IMG/VR virus record: IMGVR_UViG_3300005581_000001 | Span: 1-64,000 of that record | Direction: 5' to 3' (one strand) | Origin: a virus | Length of the DNA stretch: 64,000 nucleotides | In this document: positions 51,723-61,049 of the stretch, one piece after another | How the letters are laid out: each line of letters begins with the position of its first letter | How positions within the stretch are numbered: position 1 is the first letter of the stretch | Translations under genes and position numbers: made by a program | Notes under the pieces: model-generated | Seen by the model: only the letters and a program-made list of their open reading frames with translations | What the model was told of the DNA's origin: nothing | The model's database searches: none

Positions 51723-52205
51723 ATGAAATTTATAACACAAGAAGTAATTGATTTACTTAATTACAGAATTCAACAAGAACAGTACAGTTCTAAAGTTTAC
51801 GAGCAAATGGCTCAATGGTTACAAAATGCATCTTTTCTTAACTGCGCAAAAGTTTGGGATAAATTTTCTAAAGAAGAATTAGAACATTCTGAAATAGCCA
51901 AAGATTACCTTCTATCATTTAATATAATGCCTGAGTTAATGGTAATTGAGGAGCCTGTAAATGACTTTACTTGTCTATGCGATGTAATAGAGAAAACATT
52001 TGACCACGAAGTTCTAATCACTCAACAATGCTTAGATTTAACTAAAAAAGCATTTGAATTACAAGATTGGACGTTATTTGCTTTAGGTCAAAAATATAAT
52101 GAAATTCAAAGAGTTGAAATGGATGAAGTTTATTCATTAGTTGATATTTCTAAATTAACAACAGATATGCTTATATTAGATAAATATATAGGTGATAATT
52201 TCTAA
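51723..52205 (+). CDS. Ferritin-like protein
   Basis: LNYRIQQEQYSSKVY, EELEH, HEVLIT and IQRVE ferroxidase-type pattern; start taken at ATG 51723. Confidence 0.8.
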   Translation: MKFITQEVIDLLNYRIQQEQYSSKVYEQMAQWLQNASFLNCAKVWDKFSKEELEHSEIAKDYLLSFNIMPELMVIEEPVNDFTCLCDVIEKTFDHEVLITQQCLDLTKKAFELQDWTLFALGQKYNEIQRVEMDEVYSLVDISKLTTDMLILDKYIGDNF

Positions 52206-52213
52206 AAATAATC

Positions 52214-52238
52214 AAGGGCTTATTAATTTAAGCCCTTT
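52214..52238 (+). terminator. Hairpin / weak terminator after the ferritin gene
   Basis: AAGGGCTTA / TAAGCCCTT stem with a short T tail. Confidence 0.55.
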
Positions 52239-52255
52239 AATTTAAAATATAAACA

Positions 52256-55200
52256 ATGAGTTGTACGTTCAGTTATGTTGAAAAAGCTTTAAGAGAGACG
52301 AATCCTATAGAAGCTGATAGATTAAACGAGAAAGGAATAGAAACTTGGAAGGCAATTAAAAACTCTAAGTTATTTACTTTAAACAAGAATAAACAATATA
52401 TATTTAGTAAAGAAGGAACTAAACAAAGAATCAGGCAAGATAAATTCATTAATGATATAAATGAAAATGAATTTATATCAAATAAAAATAATGAAATTAA
52501 TGTTAATTTATTAAAATTATCAACACCGTTAGTTGTTGTTAAAAAAGATTTATCTGAATTTGTTGATGAATCAAAACCATTAGCTATTCAAGAATCTGTA
52601 AATGTTCCTTCTGTAAATAGAACATTTGAAACTAATAAAAAACTATTATTTGGTAATGACGATATAAATAAATCTCATTTAGCTAAAGATGTTTTACAAA
52701 ATATTATAGACTCTAATTTAGACTTTTCTAGAGCTGGAATTGATTTAATATTTAAAGCTATTAATTTAGTAGGTAAAGCTAATTCTAGAGTAAAAATTAT
52801 TAGTCAAGAACGTTTTGATGAATTATCTAAAAATACTCCAGGAGAAGGCTCTGCAGTAATGGCTTATGATTCAAACTTTAATACAATATATACTACATCT
52901 GAAAATTTATCTAAATTTAGAACTGAAGATATATTAGAAGCTTTTCTTCACGAAGTAGCTCATAATTTAAGTATAAAAGCTATTGTTAATCCTGAAACTT
53001 GGGCTGAAAAAGATTTTAATGCATTTATTAAGAAAGCATTTGAACAATATAAATATTTAGCTGAAAAGGCAGGTTCTAAAAGTTATGGTTTTACAAATGA
53101 AAAAGAATTTGTTGCTGAAATATATGCCAATGCCAAATTTCAACAAGAACTTATTGATTTAGATAATAGTCTTTGGAAAAAATTTAAAGACTATCTTAGA
53201 AGATTATTAGATTTACCAAAATCTTTAGCTAATGAAGAGTTAATAAATAGTATTTTATTAATTGAAAAAGTTGAAGGATTTATAGAAAATAGCGAAGTTT
53301 CTTCTAAAATAACTAACTTTAACGAAGTTATGTTTAAAAAAGTAGAAGAAGTTAAAAACATTGAATTAGAAACTTTGTCAAAACAAGTTCAACATACTAT
53401 AGACAAGTCTATAGATAGAATTACTCAGCTTATAAAAAGAACTAAATCTTCTAAAAATGCTAAAAATAAAGAAGAAAGAGCTAAATTTATAAAAGGATTT
53501 GAAGAGTTATTAGAAGAGATTAAAAGCCTTGAAAAAAATAATCAATGGAAAGCTATCACTTCATATACAAAGTCCTTTAGTTCTGCTGTAAATAGCCTTA
53601 ATAATAACTTAAAAAAAGTATTTAGAACTAGTTCAGTAACTCATAATAAGATTACATATTCTTTTTCTGAAAATGAAATGTTTAAACCTACTAGTGATGG
53701 TCAAAAATATGTTATAGCTGAAGATCTTTATGAAAAATACAAAGATGTTGAAAGTGTAAAACAATTAATGGCAAAAAACCTTCTAGATATTAATGATGAT
53801 TTGTATGATATTTTAGATAATAAATCTAATAAAGATATAGGAACTCAAGAAATGCTAGAGACTGTTAATAGTTATGATGAATATCTTTCAGCTTATGATT
53901 TATTAGACGAAATAAATTCTTTAATAAAGAGAAGTCAAAATGATTCTAATTTAGATAGAAAAGCTAAAATTCAAATAGCTGAAATAAAAAATACATTGAG
54001 TGGATTGGAGCAAAATCATAAAGCACTTGTAGCTGGATTTTTAAATGTAAAAAAATCTTATGCTATAAACTTATTTGCAAGACCAGAAAATAACACTAAA
54101 ATAGTTAATATTTGGAAAAATAAAATATATGCAGAATATGTAAAGTCTGGCATTAAATCAGAAACTAAAGAAGAATATTTTGGAAGAATGATTTCTACTA
54201 AATATAAAGAAGCGTATAAAGATGCGTTATTAGAAGATGCTGGAAAAATAGTTTACGATCCATATTTTGATATATCTTCCGCAGTTTCAAAAGTTTCCGA
54301 TTTATTAAATATAAATTCCCCTTTAATAAATTTAATGTCAAATGTAATAAGTAAAGTAAGGGATTCTATAATTGCAAAATACCACGACAAACAATTTGAA
54401 ATGTCTAAAGTTTTTGAAAAATATTCTAAAAAATATGGTCAAAATAGTCAATCTAAAATGTTTGGGAATATAGTTCAGTTAAGCAAAAACGGAACTTATT
54501 ATTTAAAAAGCGAATATAGTACTGATTTTTTAGATTCTGTAGAAAATGAATTATATCCTATATTAAACGAAATTAAAGAAGCTATTGCATCCCATGAAGG
54601 GTTTTTTGGAAATCAAAAAGAGCTTAGAAAACAACTTAGAGCCGACGAAGAATATCAAGCATTAAGAAAGAAAAGAGCAGCTTGGTTTAAAGAACATACT
54701 GTTGTTGTAAATAATTCTACTCAGCCAAGAATGAAGTATCGAAACAAAGAACTATCTAAAGAAGAATTGGAGTTAGTTACTTATTTTAGGTCTGAAACTG
54801 AAAAAAACAATAAAGATTCTTATGATGGTAAAATGAGTTTAATAAGAAAAACTTATGGAGCAGTCTATTATAAATTACCTTCTATAACAAAAAGTGATTT
54901 AGAAAGAACATTAGAAGGAGATATTAAAGGTCAATTTAAAGACAAATGGACTGACTTAACTAAAACTAAAGCTGATGATATAAACTATGGAAAAGCTATA
55001 GGTAAAGATAATAGAGAAAAGAACGTTATAAAGATAGGTTACAGATCTAAGGTTGATTCAAAAGAACAATCATTAGACTTATTTACTGTTTACAGAAAAG
55101 AAGCTTTAAACGCGATAAATTATCAAGAAAAAAAGTCTAAAGAAAATGAACTTAAATTATTTGTAGATATTGCAAAAGATAAAGATTATAAACAAAAATC

Positions 55201-56719
55201 TAAATCTACTGGGAAATGGCTTCAAAATAAATATGCTGAAAATTCTCCTGGAGAAACATTTAGCGGAGAACATAGTAATGAACTTAAAAAAATAGAAGAC
55301 TTACTTGAAACTCATTTATATGATATATTATCTTATAGTGGTGAAAAAATATTTGGAACAAATATAGAGGCCGCTAAAGCTTCCTCAATGGTAAATGGAT
55401 TTGCTGCAAGTATAGCAATGACTGCGAATTTAGGTTCAGGAGTAGTGAATGTGGCGAATGGTGCAACACAGATGTTTATGGAAGCTGTTGGTGGCGAGTA
55501 TTTTAATAGAGAGAATTTAAGGAAAGCTGAGTATAATTACGGTAAAAACTTAATGAATATTTTAGAAGATTTAAATAAACCTGTTAAAAAATCATTCCAT
55601 AATCAAATGTTAGATATGTTTGATATTTTTGGAGGATTTGATACCGCTACTCAAGAATTTATCAGAAACAGCTATGCTAAAAAAATAATATCAACACACT
55701 CAATGAATGGCTTGAATGAAATGGGTGAACATATGATGAATTCAATTCTTACGGAAGCTATTCTTAGGGATATTAAAGTAATGAATAAGTCTAGACAATT
55801 TATTGATAAAAATGGTAATGTTGTTGATGAAAAAAAATCAGCTTCATTATTTGATATGCTTTCATTAGATGCAGACGGTAAATTAGTAATGAGTGATAAA
55901 GTTGTCTATACAAAAAAGAATTTAGACGCAGAATATCATAAAGGAGGAAAAAGTCATATTAATTATTTAATTAAGAAAAAAGGTCACGATATTTTTGGTG
56001 TTTACGATCCGTTAATGAAAGCTTCTATTGCTAAAACGTGGTGGGGTAAAACATTGATGATGTTTAAAAATTTCTTTTTATCTGGACTAGAATATAGATA
56101 TAAAGGAGTGGCATCTTCATTAAAATCTAAAGACGAATTAACTGATGATGATATTTCTTTTAATAATGCTCAACAAGAATTTACTGAAGGAATATACACT
56201 TCTTTTGTTAGATTTATGGCAAATGGAGTTATTCCTGCATTAAAAAATCTTAGTTTATCATATATGAAAGATAATTACAATTCTTTATCTGACTATGAAA
56301 AATCTAATTTGAATAAAACAACTTTAGAAATTGGTTTAACTATGGTAATATTACCATTAATTGGATACATATTAGCATTAGCTAAAACGGGTGATGATGA
56401 CGATAAATTGTTTTTTGCATTGTATGTATTTAGAAGGTTAGAATCAGAACTTTCTCAATTTAGAGACCCAAGAGAGCTTAATAGGATGATACAAAATCCA
56501 GTAGCCGCGAATAGGTTTATACAAAATGCCTTGACAACAGTTAGTGATATTATATCTCCATTAAACTTTGCTCCTAAAAATAATGAAGTATTTTTTGATT
56601 ACTTAAGCGAAGATGCTAAGCATAAAAACATATTAGTAAAGCATGTTAAAAAAGTATTTCCTTTTACAGCACAAATAGATAAAGAATACCAAAAACTCTA
56701 TAGCCTTATAGATAAATAA
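52256..56719 (+). CDS. Large cargo protein with N-terminal zincin-like metalloprotease domain
   Basis: FLHEVAH (HEVAH at 52949-52963) and downstream EFVAE; hydrophobic helix near the C-terminus. Confidence 0.75.
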   Translation: MSCTFSYVEKALRETNPIEADRLNEKGIETWKAIKNSKLFTLNKNKQYIFSKEGTKQRIRQDKFINDINENEFISNKNNEINVNLLKLSTPLVVVKKDLSEFVDESKPLAIQESVNVPSVNRTFETNKKLLFGNDDINKSHLAKDVLQNIIDSNLDFSRAGIDLIFKAINLVGKANSRVKIISQERFDELSKNTPGEGSAVMAYDSNFNTIYTTSENLSKFRTEDILEAFLHEVAHNLSIKAIVNPETWAEKDFNAFIKKAFEQYKYLAEKAGSKSYGFTNEKEFVAEIYANAKFQQELIDLDNSLWKKFKDYLRRLLDLPKSLANEELINSILLIEKVEGFIENSEVSSKITNFNEVMFKKVEEVKNIELETLSKQVQHTIDKSIDRITQLIKRTKSSKNAKNKEERAKFIKGFEELLEEIKSLEKNNQWKAITSYTKSFSSAVNSLNNNLKKVFRTSSVTHNKITYSFSENEMFKPTSDGQKYVIAEDLYEKYKDVESVKQLMAKNLLDINDDLYDILDNKSNKDIGTQEMLETVNSYDEYLSAYDLLDEINSLIKRSQNDSNLDRKAKIQIAEIKNTLSGLEQNHKALVAGFLNVKKSYAINLFARPENNTKIVNIWKNKIYAEYVKSGIKSETKEEYFGRMISTKYKEAYKDALLEDAGKIVYDPYFDISSAVSKVSDLLNINSPLINLMSNVISKVRDSIIAKYHDKQFEMSKVFEKYSKKYGQNSQSKMFGNIVQLSKNGTYYLKSEYSTDFLDSVENELYPILNEIKEAIASHEGFFGNQKELRKQLRADEEYQALRKKRAAWFKEHTVVVNNSTQPRMKYRNKELSKEELELVTYFRSETEKNNKDSYDGKMSLIRKTYGAVYYKLPSITKSDLERTLEGDIKGQFKDKWTDLTKTKADDINYGKAIGKDNREKNVIKIGYRSKVDSKEQSLDLFTVYRKEALNAINYQEKKSKENELKLFVDIAKDKDYKQKSKSTGKWLQNKYAENSPGETFSGEHSNELKKIEDLLETHLYDILSYSGEKIFGTNIEAAKASSMVNGFAASIAMTANLGSGVVNVANGATQMFMEAVGGEYFNRENLRKAEYNYGKNLMNILEDLNKPVKKSFHNQMLDMFDIFGGFDTATQEFIRNSYAKKIISTHSMNGLNEMGEHMMNSILTEAILRDIKVMNKSRQFIDKNGNVVDEKKSASLFDMLSLDADGKLVMSDKVVYTKKNLDAEYHKGGKSHINYLIKKKGHDIFGVYDPLMKASIAKTWWGKTLMMFKNFFLSGLEYRYKGVASSLKSKDELTDDDISFNNAQQEFTEGIYTSFVRFMANGVIPALKNLSLSYMKDNYNSLSDYEKSNLNKTTLEIGLTMVILPLIGYILALAKTGDDDDKLFFALYVFRRLESELSQFRDPRELNRMIQNPVAANRFIQNALTTVSDIISPLNFAPKNNEVFFDYLSEDAKHKNILVKHVKKVFPFTAQIDKEYQKLYSLIDK

Positions 56720-56724
56720 AAAGT

Positions 56725-56767
56725 CAAAAAAAAAGCCGTATATACTTAATTGTATATACGGCTTTTT
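56725..56767. terminator. Bidirectional intrinsic terminator at the convergence of the two gene blocks
   Basis: A8-GCCGTATATAC / GTATATACGGC-T5 inverted repeat. Confidence 0.9.
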
Positions 56768-56775
56768 GCGTTTTA

Positions 56776-56937
56776 TTATTTTTTTATTTCTTTTGGTACT
56801 TTAACTAAAATATTTCCGTTTGGCTTTTTAAATATAGCCATAGGCACACCAGTAGTTTTTACTTGATCAGCTAATCCTTTAGCAACTTCGCGAAAATCTA
56901 CTTCGTCTTCATACTCCATTATGATTTTTCTATTCAT
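56776..56937 (-). CDS. Small hypothetical protein (53 aa, not in ORF track)
   Basis: Manual translation MNRKIIMEYEDEVDFREVAKGLADQVKTTGVPMAIFKKPNGNILVKVPKEIKK; tightly packed with its neighbour. Confidence 0.6.
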   Translation of the reverse strand: MNRKIIMEYEDEVDFREVAKGLADQVKTTGVPMAIFKKPNGNILVKVPKEIKK

Positions 56938-56939
56938 TA

Positions 56940-57086
56940 TTATTTCTTTAAATTAGTGATTCTAACCACAACAGAATCCTCGCCTTCACTTTCAATAAAT
57001 CCAGCTTCTGCAGGAATATTTACAATTTCAGTCATAAATTCTTTGTAATCCTCTTCTTTTTCAAAAGTCCAAATTATTTTTTTCAT
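56940..57086 (-). CDS. Small hypothetical protein (48 aa, not in ORF track)
   Basis: Manual translation MKKIIWTFEKEEDYKEFMTEIVNIPAEAGFIESEGEDSVVVRITNLKK. Confidence 0.6.
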   Translation of the reverse strand: MKKIIWTFEKEEDYKEFMTEIVNIPAEAGFIESEGEDSVVVRITNLKK

Positions 57087-57089
57087 TTA

Positions 57090-57287
57090 TTATTTATTTA
57101 AATTTCCTCTATTAAACAAAACTTCATTATCCATTTTTTTATAAAAATTAACAACTATATTATTAACTTTTTTTTGACATTTATCACAATACAATTGTTC
57201 TACTTTTTCACCAGTAGCTATTATTGTTCTACATTCATTACATAATGTAGCCCCGTTACCATTATTAAATTTATAAACTACATTCAT
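57090..57287 (-). CDS. Small zinc-finger-like protein
   Basis: CNEC...CDKC; start taken at ATG 57287, which overlaps the upstream TGA (ATGA). Confidence 0.6.
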   Translation of the reverse strand: MNVVYKFNNGNGATLCNECRTIIATGEKVEQLYCDKCQKKVNNIVVNFYKKMDNEVLFNRGNLNK

Positions 57288-57490
57288 AATTTTTCTATTT
57301 CTTGTTTTACTTCTTGCCAATATTCATAAAATTTTAAGCTTTGAACTAAATGTTTTCTTCTTGAATTTAAAATCTCATCAACTGCTATTAATGCACATTG
57401 TTTTGCTTGTTTTACAGTAAACATTGGTATTATATTATCTACTAACCAATATTTATCTAAAATTTCGTTTGCTTTTTCTTTTGGTGTCAT
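57284..57490 (-). CDS. Hypothetical phage protein
   Basis: MTPKEKA...AKQCALIAVDEI...YWQEVKQEIEKL, a pattern familiar from Bacteroidota phages. Confidence 0.65.
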   Translation of the reverse strand: MTPKEKANEILDKYWLVDNIIPMFTVKQAKQCALIAVDEILNSRRKHLVQSLKFYEYWQEVKQEIEKL

Positions 57491-57523
57491 AATTCAAATA
57501 TATTTCCATTACTTGTTAATTTT

Positions 57524-58015
57524 TTATTCATTGTGTTCTTTTATATACTTTATTACATTATTTAATATAAATATATTTTCAAAACTCATACCAAGTACAG
57601 AGTTACATTGACCACATATTAATTTTCTTACTGAATTAGTTTTATGATTATGATCCACAACTAATCCATTAAAACAATCATCACTATGTTTTTCACATAT
57701 ATAACACTTATTATCTTGTTTTAATAACATGTTATTGTAATCTTCTATAGAAATATTATAAGATCTTTTTAAATTATAATTTGTATATCTTTTTTTGTTT
57801 TTTAAATATTCTCTTTTTTTTATTTCTTGTATTTTTTCTTTATTATTTTTCTTATATTCGTTGTTTATTTTCATAAAACAAGTTTTACATCTTGATTGAT
57901 AATAATTTTTTAATACATTTCTTTTATAAAAATTATCTATACTTAATTCTAATCCACATTTATTACACTTTTTTACTAAATTTTCTTTTGTATTATTACA
58001 CATATATTTTATCAT
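57524..58015 (-). mobile_element. Endonuclease VII-type (His-Me) putative homing endonuclease
   Basis: CNKC/CKTC N-terminal zinc finger; QDNKCYIC...VDHNHKTNSVRKLICGQCN. Confidence 0.85.
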
Positions 58016-58026
58016 TTTAATATATG

Positions 58027-58034
58027 CAAATATA
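58027..58034 (-). promoter_or_regulatory. -7 promoter element for the endonuclease
   Basis: TATATTTG on the - strand in the 46-nt gap, TTAGG upstream. Confidence 0.6.
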
Positions 58035-58061
58035 CAAAAAATAAATGGTAAAACCTAATTT

Positions 58062-58763
58062 TTATTGATATATTTTTACGTTTTTATCATTTATTTCAAA
58101 AATATTTCCATTTGAATATAGTTTTCCAAACCTCCCGTCTTTAACTACACTTCCATTTGAAAAATAAATATCATTTTGATATAAAATTCCATTATTTTGA
58201 ATATCTTCATTTGAATGGATGTGACCAAAGCAAACTAATTGTGGTTTAACTCTATTTAACATATGATTTCTAAGGCTTTTACAGCCACAAAATTCTAATT
58301 TTCCATCTCTATCATAAGATAAGTCTAATATTCCTTTAGGAGGGCCGTGAGACACTACTATGTCTATCCAATCAGGAATAGATGAATATAGTTTATCCAT
58401 CTTACTTCTATCTTTCATAAACCACCAATTTCCAAAATTTGGACTGATTGGACTTCCCCATATTGATACACCATCAACAAGTGTCCAATCGTCTTCTAAG
58501 TATATAATATTTAAATCTTTACAAATTTTATTAACTTCTTTTTTATTGTGATACACAAAAGAGCTGTGATTTCCAGCTACAAAAACTTTATTTTTAATTG
58601 GCAGACAAGCAAACCAGTTTATAAAATCTCTAAACTCAGGTTCATTATTATATTGATCCTTAGAATTAGATTCGTCACCACTATGAATGACGATATCTAT
58701 TTCTTCAGGAATATTTAATAATCCGTGATAACTATGGGTGTCCGAAAGGTGCCATATCTTCAT
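58062..58763 (-). CDS. Calcineurin-like metallophosphoesterase
   Basis: SDTH, HSGD, AGNH, SHGPP and FGHIH motifs. Confidence 0.9.
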   Translation of the reverse strand: MKIWHLSDTHSYHGLLNIPEEIDIVIHSGDESNSKDQYNNEPEFRDFINWFACLPIKNKVFVAGNHSSFVYHNKKEVNKICKDLNIIYLEDDWTLVDGVSIWGSPISPNFGNWWFMKDRSKMDKLYSSIPDWIDIVVSHGPPKGILDLSYDRDGKLEFCGCKSLRNHMLNRVKPQLVCFGHIHSNEDIQNNGILYQNDIYFSNGSVVKDGRFGKLYSNGNIFEINDKNVKIYQ

Positions 58764-59103
58764 TGTCGAAATTATTTTCTTTAATTTGTATTCTATCTAT
58801 AAGACTCGCTTTTTCTAACATAAGGTAAATGATTAAATCATTATATTTTTCTTCAATCATTGCCTTAGACGGTAATTTACCTTCTGCTCTTAAATCAGTT
58901 TTTATATCTTGTATAGATATATAATGTTTCATTGCAAATCCCCACAATACATCTTCTCTAAGTTGCCCTGTGACTTTAGAACCCTCTTCAAAATTATGAA
59001 AAGGATTGCTAAATCTTCTATATTCCTTGCCTTTTATTACAAGAATATTTCTAATGTTGTCAAGGGTTTTTTCTACAACCCAATCAAAATTTTTTTCTGT
59101 CAT
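58732..59103 (-). CDS. All-alpha MazG-like / nucleotide-modification-associated domain protein
   Basis: KGKEY...NF...KH...EKYNDLIIY pattern. Confidence 0.45.
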   Translation of the reverse strand: MTEKNFDWVVEKTLDNIRNILVIKGKEYRRFSNPFHNFEEGSKVTGQLREDVLWGFAMKHYISIQDIKTDLRAEGKLPSKAMIEEKYNDLIIYLMLEKASLIDRIQIKENNFDNEDMAPFGHP

Positions 59104-59769
59104 TTAATTACATTTTAAAATCCATAATTTAATATCATTGTCTGTATTTGGATTAATTCCAAACAAATCAATTTCAGAATTTGTGTTTAAAGATTCTATA
59201 ATATTTACATTGTAAGATTCATTATTTGCGACATTTGTTGACAATAGTAAAAATAAACATTCATTTTGATAGTTTTCTATTAAATCAGTAATTAATAATT
59301 CTGCTATTTCTTTGTAAAAAGAATCAAAATCAAAATCTTCATCAATTTTGAAGTTTTTAATATTTTCATCTAAATAATTATCAAAATATTCCTTAAAATC
59401 ATTCATAAATTTCATTAATACGTCAAGACCTTCAACTGTTTTAATTCCGCAACTAATACAAGATTCTGAAATATCTAATATTTTCTCTCCATCAAAAATA
59501 TAATCTTCTTGACCGTCAATTTTAATTGTGATAATAAATCCAGGAATACCAGCTTCGTTTACAATAGAAGTTTCAGCCTCCAATCCATCGATAATTGGTA
59601 TTTGAGGAATAACTTCTACAGCTTCTATAAATAAATTTTTAGCATAATTTGCTTGAATTCCTTTATCGTTTATAATAGCGTATCTGGTTTCAGTCTCGTT
59701 AATAACTTCATATTCTTTACCAGTTGTAATTGATTTATTATTACTTTTATTTTTACAATTTAATTTCAT
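59104..59769 (-). CDS. Hypothetical protein with small SH3-like N-terminal domain
   Basis: ITTGKEYEV...YAIINDKG...NLF. Confidence 0.45.
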   Translation of the reverse strand: MKLNCKNKSNNKSITTGKEYEVINETETRYAIINDKGIQANYAKNLFIEAVEVIPQIPIIDGLEAETSIVNEAGIPGFIITIKIDGQEDYIFDGEKILDISESCISCGIKTVEGLDVLMKFMNDFKEYFDNYLDENIKNFKIDEDFDFDSFYKEIAELLITDLIENYQNECLFLLLSTNVANNESYNVNIIESLNTNSEIDLFGINPNTDNDIKLWILKCN

Positions 59770-59780
59770 TTTTTTCTTTT

Positions 59781-61049
59781 TTATTTGTTTATTTTATTAT
59801 ATTCAGCAATACATTCTTCAACATTTCCTTTATAAATATTGTAGTCTACTGCATTTTCCATCATTTTGTTTAGCCATACAGTTTCTTGAGTTTCTAACGT
59901 ATGTAATATAAATATATTACCATCTTTATCGCCATCTTGCCTTAATCTACCTATTTTTTGAATAAAACCTACCTCTGAACTGTAATAAGACATTATAATA
60001 CAAGCGCCTGCTTTTTCTAGATTAGCTCCTTGAACTAACTTTTTAAAAGAGGCTATCGTTTTAATCATACCTTTATCAAACATAGATCTTATATCCTCAT
60101 TATTTTTGTCACTATTTTTAGAGGAAACTACATATGGTGTAATCAACTCTAATTGTTTAATTGAATTTCCAAATATAACTGTTTTTTCTTTAATTTCTTT
60201 TAACAGTCTTTTAACTATAGCTACTTTTTCTGGCAAATTATATAATAAAGTAGCTCTTCTCGACGCTAATCTAGCTAATTCAATTTCTCTTTTTTCACTC
60301 CATCTATAAAAATCAATACTACTTTCTGTATGCTCGGAATCTCTTTCTTTTTTAAATAATAAATCTATATAATTATACGAAGAGGCTTCTGTTTGATAGA
60401 ATTTATGTTTAGCATTTCCTGCTTCAATATTTTTATCAGTTTTATTTAAATAACTTTCTACTATAAAAATATTTAATTTTCTGGAGGTGCCTTCATTTTG
60501 CCCTTGATTAATATTGTATTTGTAACATATTGGAGCAAATCTATTTAACATTTGTTCTTTAGAAACAACCAAACCTTTAAACACCCCTGACAATGCACTA
60601 TCTTCATTCACTGAATAAAATATACTGCCATTAAACATTGCTGTTAATCCTAAAATAGCTTCAGCTTCATTATTTACATAAAACTTATAATTCATAGGTG
60701 ATATAGAGTCTGGGATTTCATCAGCTATTACTAATCCAAACTTTCGTCCAGACCAATTTCTAACAGTTTGATAACATTGAAACTCTATATCGTAATCTTG
60801 TAAAACATTGCAATTGTAAATGTTATTGAATTTAGTAACATCCTTAATAAAGTCTCTTAACCTATCTTTTTGTTCAGCTAAAAATAAATGTTTTACAGTC
60901 CTATCTAAAGGCATTGTGTATAAAGCTTTTAGAGAAAGAAATGTTTTACCTAATCCTGTTATAATTTCAGTAGTGCCACGTTTTCCAGACTTAATCCAAG
61001 CGTTTAATGCTTCATCTTGAATTTTACTTTTTTGTTCATTTAATTCCAT
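59781..61049 (-). CDS. Superfamily 2 helicase
   Basis: Walker A ITGLGKT, Walker B IADEIP, motif III LGLTA, motif VI QKIGRLR. Confidence 0.85.
   Translation of the reverse strand: MELNEQKSKIQDEALNAWIKSGKRGTTEIITGLGKTFLSLKALYTMPLDRTVKHLFLAEQKDRLRDFIKDVTKFNNIYNCNVLQDYDIEFQCYQTVRNWSGRKFGLVIADEIPDSISPMNYKFYVNNEAEAILGLTAMFNGSIFYSVNEDSALSGVFKGLVVSKEQMLNRFAPICYKYNINQGQNEGTSRKLNIFIVESYLNKTDKNIEAGNAKHKFYQTEASSYNYIDLLFKKERDSEHTESSIDFYRWSEKREIELARLASRRATLLYNLPEKVAIVKRLLKEIKEKTVIFGNSIKQLELITPYVVSSKNSDKNNEDIRSMFDKGMIKTIASFKKLVQGANLEKAGACIIMSYYSSEVGFIQKIGRLRQDGDKDGNIFILHTLETQETVWLNKMMENAVDYNIYKGNVEECIAEYNKINK

Noticed and set aside
51723-52205. Ferritin-like ORF as a class I RNR beta subunit
   Set aside because: At ~160 aa it is too short, the motif spacing is ferritin-like, and it is in a different transcription block from the RNR
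57524-58015. Endonuclease VII as the core Holliday junction resolvase
   Set aside because: Own promoter, N-terminal zinc finger and the duplicated target-gene end fit a mobile homing nuclease better, though a resolvase role is not excluded
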